A model generated the notes under the pieces. It saw nothing but the letters and a program-made list of their open reading frames with translations. It was not told the origin of the DNA and searched no databases. This document shows, piece after piece, positions 21,755 through 30,128 of a DNA stretch of 32,000 bases. Location: the NCBI GenBank assembly GCA_010202845.1, contig CP047921.1, positions 660,001 to 692,000 on the forward strand, read 5' to 3'. Position 1 is the first letter of the stretch, and each line of letters opens with the position of its first letter. Source of the stretch: Candidatus Saccharibacteria bacterium oral taxon 488. Lineage in GTDB: Bacteria; Patescibacteriota; Saccharimonadia; Saccharimonadales; Saccharimonadaceae. The translations under genes were made by a program, and so were the position numbers.

Positions 21755-22311
21755 TGCTTCGCAACCTCCGGCACCATCGTCACATTAATTGTAATATTGA
21801 TCGGATAGCCGTCCTTGTTTTCTTTCTCGGCCACCGCCGAGGCGAGATTAACATCCTTAAAGAGGCTTGACTGCTGAAAACTGTCCTTGAGCCGCAGCGC
21901 ATCGCCATACGTTTTACCGCGCGCGTTGATAGTCATCGGCGTGCCGAGCTTCTTGCTATCTAGCGTCAACGTTTGCAAAATTGTCCCCGACGGCATCGCC
22001 TGAGCGATCTTGAGTGCTACCTTTGAATACCGCACATCTTTATCGAGAATCGCCTTGGCAATCTTGAGGTTTGCGCTGAACGATTCATAATCCTGCTGAA
22101 CTTTTTGATATTGCAGCGCTCGACGATTACCTGTTTCAATCGCCTGTCGAGCAGTTGTCCGAGTATGCGCCATAATAAAGTAGATACCCGCTGTCGCCAC
22201 GATGAGTAAGAAGCCAAGAATCAACGACACCACGCAGTAACGCCACAGTATCACATTTGACCGGCCAGCGATAATCTCGCGTTTAACTTTCGGCGGTAAT
22301 AGATTAATCAT
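21751..22311 (-). CDS. pilN: Type IV pilus assembly protein PilN
   Basis: N-terminal MINLLPPK (the INLLP PilN signature), followed by one TM helix and a periplasm-type domain. Overlaps pilM and pilO. Confidence 0.75.
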   Translation of the reverse strand: MINLLPPKVKREIIAGRSNVILWRYCVVSLILGFLLIVATAGIYFIMAHTRTTARQAIETGNRRALQYQKVQQDYESFSANLKIAKAILDKDVRYSKVALKIAQAMPSGTILQTLTLDSKKLGTPMTINARGKTYGDALRLKDSFQQSSLFKDVNLASAVAEKENKDGYPINITINVTMVPEVAKQ

Positions 22312-23413
22312 GCCAAATCTCCTCCGCTCGCACTAGCGACAAACCAGCTGCCGTCATGAACCGCGGTCGTAGCTGTTTGGCCGGTGGTGCTAAATTATTA
22401 AAGTTCAGCGACTGCCACGGACTGGCCACTCGTGCTGGCAAGGTCAGCTCGCCCGTAAAGTACTCACCAAGCCCCGGCACGCTACTGCCGCTACCAACGA
22501 TCAATACCTGCTCAAGGCGTGACTCATCCGGGAAGCGATCGGTGTAGTAGCGAATAACTTTCTGGATTTCACCGATGATCCGCTGCAGGCTCGGCTTTAG
22601 TGCCTCGGTAATTTTTTCTTGACGAGGGCCAGTGTTGAGGCCATTAAGCACCTTGAATTGGTGCGCCGTCTCAAGTGGTACGTTCAATTTTTTAGCGATG
22701 TCAAGCGTCAATGTATTGCCACCAATGTTTAGACCACCGGTCACACGAATTGCCGCATCAAGAATAGCGATATCGGTCGTCGCCGGGCCGATGTCAACGA
22801 TGACTGTCGGCAGCGACCCCTCTTTGGTGCGCTCAAGCAGTCGCGCCACCGCATTGATACTCGGCTCAATCATTGCCACCTCAATACCGCACGATTCAAC
22901 AATTGCCAGCTGCTCGTCAACGATCTTTTGCGGCACCGCGCACATCAAGACTGATAAGTTCTCTTTGCCGCGCTTGATAATCTGATGATCGACGTAGAGC
23001 GAATCAAGCGGCATCGGCACATACTGCTCGACCTCGAGATTCACCGCCTCTTCAATCTTATTCTCCTGCTTGATCGGCAGCGCAAAGGTGCGTGCATATG
23101 TCTTGGTCGTCGGTAGTCCCAGCACCACGCGGTTACTGCCGAGCCGCCCGACAATATTTTTTTCAAACATTTGATTGATCTTGCCGCAGAGATACTCTGC
23201 CCGGTCATCGCTCTCGTCCTTCGCCGGATCCAGCTCAATTGCGCCGTATCCGTGCACCGTCATCCGTGCCATGTCGACTGACATTACCCGAACGCCAGCC
23301 TTGTTAATATCAAGCCCGATGATCGGCTTTGACTTGTAGAAAATATTTGCCACTATCGTTTGCCCACATCTCTTCTTTTTGTTAAGTATAGCATAAGCAT
23401 TTTGAAAAACCAA
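22304..23413 (-). CDS. pilM: Type IV pilus assembly ATPase-fold protein PilM (actin-like)
   Basis: IIGLDINKAGVRVMSV at the N-terminus, VIVDIGPATTDIAI, and LIVGSGSSVPGLGEYF, the phosphate-binding motifs of the PilM/FtsA-like actin fold. The start is uncertain (TTG 23413 or GTG 23353). Confidence 0.8.
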   Translation of the reverse strand: MVFQNAYAILNKKKRCGQTIVANIFYKSKPIIGLDINKAGVRVMSVDMARMTVHGYGAIELDPAKDESDDRAEYLCGKINQMFEKNIVGRLGSNRVVLGLPTTKTYARTFALPIKQENKIEEAVNLEVEQYVPMPLDSLYVDHQIIKRGKENLSVLMCAVPQKIVDEQLAIVESCGIEVAMIEPSINAVARLLERTKEGSLPTVIVDIGPATTDIAILDAAIRVTGGLNIGGNTLTLDIAKKLNVPLETAHQFKVLNGLNTGPRQEKITEALKPSLQRIIGEIQKVIRYYTDRFPDESRLEQVLIVGSGSSVPGLGEYFTGELTLPARVASPWQSLNFNNLAPPAKQLRPRFMTAAGLSLVRAEEIWHD

Positions 23414-24640
23414 CTATCCTTTAATTTGATTTGCTAATCCAGTAATCGGCATCATCACCGCCGCCGCGATCAAGCCGACCATACCACCCATAAAGACGAT
23501 CATCACCGGCTCAATCGTCGAACTCAAGCCGCTAATCGCCGCATCGACTTCTTCCTCATAAAAATCCGCCACCTTGACCAGCACCTTATCCGTTTGCCCC
23601 GTTTCCTCACCGACCGCCAGCATCTGGCCAACGATTGGTGGATAGAGATCTTCGCGCTCATTGATAATCCGCGACAAAACCTCGCCATTCTTAATGCGCT
23701 TGGCAGCATCAAGCAATGAATCTTGATATACCGTATTACCAACTGCCCGGGCTGTTACTTCCAGCGCCTCGAGTACCGACACGCCCGCACCGATCAGCGC
23801 TGAGAAGGTACGGGTAAACCGCGCCACCGCCACCTTGCGAATAATCTTGCTGATGATCGGCGCTTTCAGGACGAAATGATGGAACTTGACTTTACCTTTT
23901 GGGGACTTGATGTAGCGAAGCAGCGCATACACACCGCCAAATAGCAACGGGAAAATAATATACCAAAAACTCACCATAAACTGGCTGATACTCATCAGTA
24001 TCTGCGTCAGCGCCGGCAGCTCTGCGTCCTCACCCGCCAGATCCTTAATCGTCTTGCCAATCATCGGCAGCACAAAAATCATCAAGCCAAAGAACGCCCC
24101 GATAGTGATGACGATCAGCACCATCGGATAGGTCATGGCGCTCTTGATCTTCTTTTTCATTGATGAGTTCTTTTCCTGCTGCAGAGCCAGCCGCTTCAAA
24201 ATATCGTCCAAAATACCACCCGTTTCACCAGCCCGCACCATGTTCACATACACATCGCTGAAGGCCTCGGGGTACTTACTCAGTGCATCAGCGAACGAGG
24301 CACCGCCTTCAATCTCCTTGGACACCGCGTTCAAAATCTCGCGAAAATGTGGACTCTCGGCGTGCTGCGCCATTGAGTTGAGTGACCTGAGAATTGGCAC
24401 ACCGGCAGACACCATGGTGCTAAGCTGCCTGGTAAAGCCAACCAGCTCCTCGGTCGGCACTGACTTCTTGCCACCCCCAAAGCGAAAACCTTTCTTCTCG
24501 TCACCAGCCTCCTTGAGGTCGACCAACCTCATACCCTGAGTTTGAATGAGCTGAATGGCACTGGCGCGGCTACTGGCTTCTAGCTCGCCGTTGATCGGCT
24601 GATTATTATTTTTAGTTGCGATATATTTAAATTTTGTCAT
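23414..24640 (-). CDS. pilC: Type IV pilus platform protein PilC (GspF family)
   Basis: Two T2SS-F repeats (FTRQLSTMVSAGVPILRSL... / FTRTFSALIGAGVSVLEAL...) and three TM segments. Confidence 0.9.
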   Translation of the reverse strand: MTKFKYIATKNNNQPINGELEASSRASAIQLIQTQGMRLVDLKEAGDEKKGFRFGGGKKSVPTEELVGFTRQLSTMVSAGVPILRSLNSMAQHAESPHFREILNAVSKEIEGGASFADALSKYPEAFSDVYVNMVRAGETGGILDDILKRLALQQEKNSSMKKKIKSAMTYPMVLIVITIGAFFGLMIFVLPMIGKTIKDLAGEDAELPALTQILMSISQFMVSFWYIIFPLLFGGVYALLRYIKSPKGKVKFHHFVLKAPIISKIIRKVAVARFTRTFSALIGAGVSVLEALEVTARAVGNTVYQDSLLDAAKRIKNGEVLSRIINEREDLYPPIVGQMLAVGEETGQTDKVLVKVADFYEEEVDAAISGLSSTIEPVMIVFMGGMVGLIAAAVMMPITGLANQIKG

Positions 24641-26422
24641 TTATTGCTCCCTTGTTGCTCTCAAAACTTCCTCTAGCGTTGTCACGCCACGCAGCGACTT
24701 GACAAAACCGTCCGTCTGCATTGTCACCATTCCTTCAGTAATCGCCTGCTGCTGAATCTCATTACTAGTGGCATTGGCGGTGATCATTTTTTGGATTGGA
24801 ATCGAAATACCGAGAACCTCGTAGATACCGACGCGCCCCTTGAAGCCATTATGGCCGCACTCGTCACAGCCCTCGGGATTTGGTCGCCATAAATATTGAA
24901 TCGTCACGTCAGTCGAGCCGAGCGGTGTATTGCCGCCAATCTTGTCAGCTGCCGCCTGCTGCTCCAGCGCATGCAGTCGCTGCATCGAGCCCTGCTTGAG
25001 ATTAAACATCTGAACGATGTAGGCCAGCTCTCCGGCGTCCGGCACATATTGCTGACGACAATGCATACACAATCGCCGCACCAAGCGCTGGCCGATCACC
25101 GCCTTGACCGTCGAAGCGATCAGGAACGGCTCAATTCCCATATCCAATAGACGCGGCAGACAGGTCGCTGCGTTGTTGGTGTGGAGGGTTGAAAACACCA
25201 AGTGCCCAGTCAGCGCTGCCTGCACACCGAGGTTGGCGGTCTCGCCGTCGCGAATCTCACCAACCATGATGATGTTCGGGTCTTGACGGAGCAGTGCGCG
25301 CAGTCCTGAGGCGAAGGTCATGCCGGCTTTTGAGTTAGTCTGGGTTTGGTTGACCCCGGGGATTTTGTATTCAACCGGGTCTTCAATGGTTGAGATATTC
25401 ACATCTGGCGTATTAAGTTCTGATAGCACACTAAACAAGCTAGTCGACTTTCCCGAACCAGTTGGCCCGGTCACCAAGATCATACCATTTGGTTGCGCCA
25501 TAGCGTCTTTAAGTGTACTCAGCGATAACCCCCAATAGCCGAGGCTATCGAGGGCAACCGCCTGGTTGGACTCGTCCAAAATACGCATGACGATCTTCTC
25601 GCCATCAGCGATCGGCAGCGTCGACACACGCAGCGCGTATTGCTTACCAGAAACCTTGATCTTGAAGCGACCATCTTGCGGCACGCGGCGTTCATCAATT
25701 TTTAGGTTTGACAAGATCTTGATGCGGCTAACCAGCGCACCTTGGACATTGCGCGGCAATTTATTCACTTCCTTGAGCACGCCGTCGATTCGGTAACGAA
25801 CTTGGACGAAATCCTCGCGCGGCTCAATGTGAATGTCGGAAGCACCCGACTTGATAGCATACTCGAGCAGCAAATTAACCGTCTGGGCGATCGGCGAATT
25901 CTCAGAAATCTCCTCCTCAGAGACGTTTTGTGAATCTGACTCAGCGCCGCTCTGGATTGACACCACCTCATCCAGCTCATCGGTAATATTACCGCGATAA
26001 TTTTCCAGGCAATCAAGGATATTATTTTTTGTCGCCAGGAACACCTTAATGTTGTAGCCAATCTCTTTCTGGATGAAATTCAGCGCCTGCACATCATCCG
26101 GATCTTCCATCGCCAGACTCAAGACGCCATTATCATCGACGGCAAACAATACGACATTGTACTGACGGGCGATGTGCTCGGGGATACGCTTAAGAACATC
26201 GTCAGGAATATCCTTTGGCTCAATGGTTACAAACGGCACATTGATGTATGCGCCAATCTTTTGCCCGAGCTGTACCTCGCTCAGGATTTTGTGCTCCAAG
26301 ATAATCGTCTGTAACGAATGGTGCGTACGTTCCGCCTCCATCTTTAACTCGGCCAGCTGTGACTCAGAAATTACCTCACCCTGGCGCAAAATCTTCTCAA
26401 TACTACTGTCAGAAATGCGCAT
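24641..26422 (-). CDS. pilB: Type IV pilus assembly ATPase PilB (GspE family)
   Basis: GspE N-terminal domain; Walker [13 protein letters not shown]; Asp/His boxes ([19 protein letters not shown]); tetracysteine motif (C..C...C..C near CMHC...CDEC). Confidence 0.92.
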   Translation of the reverse strand: MRISDSSIEKILRQGEVISESQLAELKMEAERTHHSLQTIILEHKILSEVQLGQKIGAYINVPFVTIEPKDIPDDVLKRIPEHIARQYNVVLFAVDDNGVLSLAMEDPDDVQALNFIQKEIGYNIKVFLATKNNILDCLENYRGNITDELDEVVSIQSGAESDSQNVSEEEISENSPIAQTVNLLLEYAIKSGASDIHIEPREDFVQVRYRIDGVLKEVNKLPRNVQGALVSRIKILSNLKIDERRVPQDGRFKIKVSGKQYALRVSTLPIADGEKIVMRILDESNQAVALDSLGYWGLSLSTLKDAMAQPNGMILVTGPTGSGKSTSLFSVLSELNTPDVNISTIEDPVEYKIPGVNQTQTNSKAGMTFASGLRALLRQDPNIIMVGEIRDGETANLGVQAALTGHLVFSTLHTNNAATCLPRLLDMGIEPFLIASTVKAVIGQRLVRRLCMHCRQQYVPDAGELAYIVQMFNLKQGSMQRLHALEQQAAADKIGGNTPLGSTDVTIQYLWRPNPEGCDECGHNGFKGRVGIYEVLGISIPIQKMITANATSNEIQQQAITEGMVTMQTDGFVKSLRGVTTLEEVLRATREQ

Positions 26423-26439
26423 AATTACCCTTATGCTTG

Positions 26440-26468
26440 AGTATAGCGCATATCGTATGGGAGTTCAA
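26440..26468 (-). promoter_or_regulatory. Promoter of the pilB operon
   Basis: On the minus strand, TTGAAC - 17 nt - TATACT, followed by an AAGGG SD 6 nt before ATG 26422. Confidence 0.6.
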
Positions 26469-26490
26469 TAAAAAGAGAAAAAGTAGTACA

Positions 26491-26499
26491 TGTTACAAT
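26491..26499 (+). promoter_or_regulatory. Extended -10 (TGtTACAAT), 7 nt upstream of the HAD gene's ATG (leaderless geometry)
   Basis: TGtTACAAT (26491-26499) - atcagac - ATG 26507. There is no SD. Confidence 0.5.
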
Positions 26500-26506
26500 A
26501 TCAGAC

Positions 26507-27145
26507 ATGAACGATTCAGTAATTTCAGCAATCCTTTTTGATGTTGGTGGTGTACTTGTCAGTGACTACGACATCCAAAGTGACCTGAGAAACGCCCTGT
26601 ATAACCCCGAGCATTTCGACCAACAATGGCCAAAAGCTTTGCACGACTACGAAAGCGGTTTCATAGACGAGAGCGTATTTCTGCGAAAGCTAGGTTGTGA
26701 TCATCCATCCCCAGAGCAATACGATCGGCTAACTCGTGGCTTCCGTGATCATCAAGTATACTTCCAAAATGTCATCACATTTGCACGTTCATTGACGACG
26801 CATGGACTACAGATCGGTATCCTCAGCAATGCTATGCCGAGCCACTCTGCTATCTTGCAGCAAGCAGGTATCTATGACGGTTTTAGACCATGTCTTTTAT
26901 CGTGGCAGATTGGTTACCACAAACCTGAACGGGGTGCATTTACATCTGCCCTCTCAGCATTAAACCTATCTGATAATCCAGAGCACGTACTGTTTATTGA
27001 CAATCATCAAAATAACCTCGACGCAGCAGCGGCTTGTGGCATGCATACCCTCCTCGCAGTGCGCCAAGCAACACAAGCGCAAACTGAGCAAACGATCATT
27101 ATGGGAATAACCGATAAACTACTGTCCCTTGGCGTCGTGCTATGA
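26507..27145 (+). CDS. HAD-superfamily hydrolase (subfamily IA-like)
   Basis: Motif I ILFDVGGVLV (the DxG variant seen in YihX-like phosphatases), motif II ILSN, and a late IDN/D acidic motif. Confidence 0.7.
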   Translation: MNDSVISAILFDVGGVLVSDYDIQSDLRNALYNPEHFDQQWPKALHDYESGFIDESVFLRKLGCDHPSPEQYDRLTRGFRDHQVYFQNVITFARSLTTHGLQIGILSNAMPSHSAILQQAGIYDGFRPCLLSWQIGYHKPERGAFTSALSALNLSDNPEHVLFIDNHQNNLDAAAACGMHTLLAVRQATQAQTEQTIIMGITDKLLSLGVVL

Positions 27146-27487
27146 TCAGCGATTATCACCCCGCCCGTGCAGCTGCTGGCGGGCTTGGCGGCTGGCGAGC
27201 TTTTGGTTGTTCATCCGGGCAACTTCCTCGAGGCTAGAACCGAGCAGGTGCGCCACTGCATTAACATACCACAACACGTCGCCTAATTCTTTGAGAATTT
27301 CTGTACGGTCATCGTCTGTCAGTATTCCCTGCTTGTCGCGAACCAGCTTTTTGAACTTTTCAGCCACTTCGCCCGATTCGCCGACCAGCCCAAGCACTTG
27401 CGCCATTAGTCGCGCATCAATCTCCCCATACTCATGCGTACCAATCAGTGTCGCGATGGCTTTCTTGGCGTACTCATCAATTGTCAT
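27146..27487 (-). CDS. MazG-like all-alpha nucleoside triphosphate pyrophosphohydrolase
   Basis: LGLVGESGEVAEKFKK...ELGDVLWYV is the paired EExxE/ExxD metal-binding helices of the MazG/dimeric dUTPase-like family. An AAGGAG SD precedes ATG 27487. Confidence 0.8.
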   Translation of the reverse strand: MTIDEYAKKAIATLIGTHEYGEIDARLMAQVLGLVGESGEVAEKFKKLVRDKQGILTDDDRTEILKELGDVLWYVNAVAHLLGSSLEEVARMNNQKLASRQARQQLHGRGDNR

Positions 27488-28181
27488 AGTTTCTCCTTTC
27501 AATTACCTCATTTAATTCTGCCACAAATTCCTCAAAAAAGAACGGGTCGTGAAAGAACGTCCGTGCTACGATTTGCTCAACCGCTGGCGCCAAGTCATAA
27601 TCCGCCAATCGATGCGGACGGGCCCACACCAATTCTCTGCCCGCCACGACTTCATCAGTCTCACCATAAAACACGTGCGCCAACGTTGATGATAATATTT
27701 CCTTCCCCACAAGGACACGAATATAGCAATCACCCGCGTGTGTCAGCGGCAGCTTATCCACCGCTAATTTCTCACGTGCCTCCCGCTGAGCGGCGGCCAA
27801 GACCGACTCATCATCAATATGTAGCTTGCCGTACGGCAGTGTCCAGGTATCGATATGCGGCTGTTTGGTGCGCCGCTGGAGCAGCACATCACCATTGGCA
27901 TTTTGGACAACAATCATAGTAATAATTTTTGGTTGGGTACGAACTTTGAGCGATTTAATACTAACTCTATCGACGTACGACAACCCCTCCCGCCCGAGGC
28001 AGTATCCATCATCCGTCTTGATGACGAATCCTCGCTTCTTCAATATATTTAAGTGGTAGGTATAGAGATTGGTATCGACTTTTGGCGGCCGCATATCCCG
28101 AAACCGTGCATATTTCATATGCATCAACACACCAAGAATATGCTTCTGAATATGATGTTCGGGGATAAATTGGTCAATCAT
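27477..28181 (-). CDS. N-terminal winged-HTH plus C-terminal degenerate Nudix domain protein (putative ligand-sensing regulator)
   Basis: The N-terminus (HILGVLMHMKYARFRDMRP...NLYTYHLNILKKRGFVIKTDDGYCL) looks like a MarR/ArsR-type wHTH. The C-terminus is a Nudix fold with a degenerate box, YGKLHIDDESVLAAAQREAREKLAV (EE replaced by EK, Gly replaced by Ala). Confidence 0.65.
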   Translation of the reverse strand: MIDQFIPEHHIQKHILGVLMHMKYARFRDMRPPKVDTNLYTYHLNILKKRGFVIKTDDGYCLGREGLSYVDRVSIKSLKVRTQPKIITMIVVQNANGDVLLQRRTKQPHIDTWTLPYGKLHIDDESVLAAAQREAREKLAVDKLPLTHAGDCYIRVLVGKEILSSTLAHVFYGETDEVVAGRELVWARPHRLADYDLAPAVEQIVARTFFHDPFFFEEFVAELNEVIERRNYDN

Positions 28182-28222
28182 AGTTGAGTCAAATTATACT
28201 TGCTATTCATACAAGTAATTCT

Positions 28223-28241
28223 ACACTACAATCACTAGTGT
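28223..28241. promoter_or_regulatory. 19-bp palindrome ACACTA-N7-TAGTGT overlapping a TACAAT -10 box (candidate operator)
   Basis: Read directly from the sequence: ACACTAcaatcacTAGTGT. TACAAT is at 28227-28232. It lies in the 88-bp divergent intergenic region between the wHTH-Nudix gene and the CYTH-kinase gene. Confidence 0.45.
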
Positions 28242-28269
28242 CATCAACACAACTAAAGGAGCGACGCTT

Positions 28270-29421
28270 ATGTCAATCGAATCACTCATCCACACACCCG
28301 AATTTGAAGGGAGATTGCCCGTAGAGACTGAGCGTAAATTCATGGCTATCTTTCCGGAAAAACTCACCGATCTGCGCAAAGAAGCCGAGCCGATTGAACA
28401 GTTATATCTATCACACCCGGACGAGCCATTTAGTCTACGCCTCCGCTCAACCTTTAGGCGTGATACCGGCGAGCTACATTACGAAGCAACCCTCAAAGAC
28501 AATGGCTTCCGGAGTGGCGATGGTCTGCGTCGGCTAGAGGTGACGACTGAGATTAGCCCCGAGTTATATGAATACTACCGTAACGACGAGACACCAATTA
28601 TCCGCAAACTACGCGCCGAACCGCTACCCGGTGTCGTTATTGATTTTTTCGAAAACGACGGCCTAGTACAAGCTGAATTAGAAGATAATGGATCATGGCA
28701 ACAATTTACTGACCAGTTTGGTAATATATTCATGGAAGTGACCGGTGAAATAATGGCTACCAGTGAGTGGCAGGCGCACTACGACTTCCGACGACAACAC
28801 GAGGGGCGGGAGGCGCTGTCAATTCAGCCGGAGCTTGACATTGATACTATTGTTTCTGATATTCTCACCCCTACCGCAAACTCTCCGCGCATCATCCATA
28901 TCGCTGGCCGTAGTGGCTCTGGTAAATCAACCATCGTCAAACAACTCCGCAAGCGGCTGGATGAGCTCAACATTAATTCAATTACTATGTCAACTGATGA
29001 CTATCATCGTGGGGCAACCTATCTTTATTATTATAATGATCGTCAGGAATGGCAGCACTGGGATGACCCGTTTGTATATGACACCGAAACGATGGCCATC
29101 GACCTACAAAATCTCGTTAATGATAAGGAGATATACCATCGCCACATGAATTGGCAAACTGCGGAGCCCTATATAGCGGGTACACTTAGCCCAGCAGAAG
29201 TAATCATCGTTGAGGGAATCTACGCCAAATCACCTGATATTATCACTGACAATAGCCTCGTCTACGAAATACCAACCCCAATCGCCACCTGTATTGGTCG
29301 GCGTATCCTGCGCGACCTTAACGAACGCCCGCAATTTTGCAACCCCTCGGAAAATCTACTCTATTTATTGAGTGAGGCCGAGCCAGCATATCGTGCTCAA
29401 CAGCAACCAACCAATGCTTGA
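28270..29421 (+). CDS. Fusion protein: CYTH (triphosphate tunnel) domain plus uridine kinase/PRK-family P-loop kinase
   Basis: CYTH signature series: VETERKF (ExExK), IEQLYL, FSLRLR, ATLK, RRLEVTTEI, IRKLRAE, VIDFF...AELE. Kinase half: HIAGRSGSGKST (P-loop), STDDYH, WDDPFVYD, IIVEGIYA, RRILRDLNERP. An AAAGGAG SD is present. Confidence 0.85.
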   Translation: MSIESLIHTPEFEGRLPVETERKFMAIFPEKLTDLRKEAEPIEQLYLSHPDEPFSLRLRSTFRRDTGELHYEATLKDNGFRSGDGLRRLEVTTEISPELYEYYRNDETPIIRKLRAEPLPGVVIDFFENDGLVQAELEDNGSWQQFTDQFGNIFMEVTGEIMATSEWQAHYDFRRQHEGREALSIQPELDIDTIVSDILTPTANSPRIIHIAGRSGSGKSTIVKQLRKRLDELNINSITMSTDDYHRGATYLYYYNDRQEWQHWDDPFVYDTETMAIDLQNLVNDKEIYHRHMNWQTAEPYIAGTLSPAEVIIVEGIYAKSPDIITDNSLVYEIPTPIATCIGRRILRDLNERPQFCNPSENLLYLLSEAEPAYRAQQQPTNA

Positions 29422-30107
29422 GGGGATGAGGGCTCACTTTGGCTTTCATTAATCCGATGGTCGACTGCTCGCACAAACCCAATCGCCTTCCCCTCGCCAA
29501 CCCACCGCTGCTCGTAGGTTGTCATGATCCGGGCATCGCTCTCCTCATCAAGTCGCTCCGATTCGTGCAGATCAAACGTTAGCTCCCGAAGCTGCCAGCC
29601 AGCCACCACCAGCTGCTCCAAGCTCCAACAGAAAAAGTCGTGATCATCGTGCTTGAGTAGTAGCTCGCCGCCCTCATCAAGCAACTTTGCGTACTGCGTT
29701 AAAAAATGTGGGTGCGTCAAACGCCGACCACTGGAGCGCTGGCGTGGAAACGGATCGGGGAAAGTAACCCACAACTGACTGAGTGATCCAGCCTCACATA
29801 ACTCACCCAGCTGATCCGCTCGTGCCCGCACAAACCAGATGTTCGTGAGGCCGCGTCGCTCGGCCTCACGTGCCCCTTTTTGCAATCGATCGGCCTTGAC
29901 ATCAACCGCCAGAAGCCGCTGCTCGGGACGGCGCGCCGCCAGCTCGACACTAAACAGTCCCGTTCCCGCACCGACCTCCAGTACATCAATCGGCCGCGGC
30001 GTCCACTCATCATACTCAAAACAAAGCGGCGAATTGTTAAATAGCGCAAATTTATACTTCTTGCGCCGCCGAGTGATAACGAATTGATTTGGATCGACAA
30101 AACTCAT
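29397..30107 (-). CDS. trmB: tRNA (guanine46-N7)-methyltransferase
   Basis: VLEVGAGTGLFSVELA (SAM motif I), LWVTFPDPFPRQR and RRLTHPHFL, the TrmB signature blocks. ATG 30107 is preferred (TATAAT 7 nt upstream). The 3' end overlaps the convergent CYTH-kinase gene by 25 nt. Confidence 0.85.
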   Translation of the reverse strand: MSFVDPNQFVITRRRKKYKFALFNNSPLCFEYDEWTPRPIDVLEVGAGTGLFSVELAARRPEQRLLAVDVKADRLQKGAREAERRGLTNIWFVRARADQLGELCEAGSLSQLWVTFPDPFPRQRSSGRRLTHPHFLTQYAKLLDEGGELLLKHDDHDFFCWSLEQLVVAGWQLRELTFDLHESERLDEESDARIMTTYEQRWVGEGKAIGFVRAVDHRINESQSEPSSPQALVGCC

Positions 30108-30122
30108 ACTTTTCATTATACT
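30094..30122 (+). promoter_or_regulatory. Promoter of the MscS-like gene (leaderless geometry)
   Basis: TCGACA - 17 nt - TATACT (30117-30122) - 6 nt - ATG 30129. Confidence 0.55.
30115..30120 (-). promoter_or_regulatory. -10 box (TATAAT), 7 nt upstream of the trmB ATG (leaderless geometry)
   Basis: The minus strand reads tagTATAATgaaaagtATG. It overlaps the opposite-strand -10 of the MscS-like gene by 4 bp. Confidence 0.5.
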
Positions 30123-30128
30123 AAACTC

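Noticed and set aside
27129-27919. Two plus-strand ORFs (128 aa and 161 aa) over the MazG and wHTH-Nudix genes
   Set aside because: They are antisense to genes with clear family motifs. Their translations are Pro/Ser/Arg-rich low complexity.
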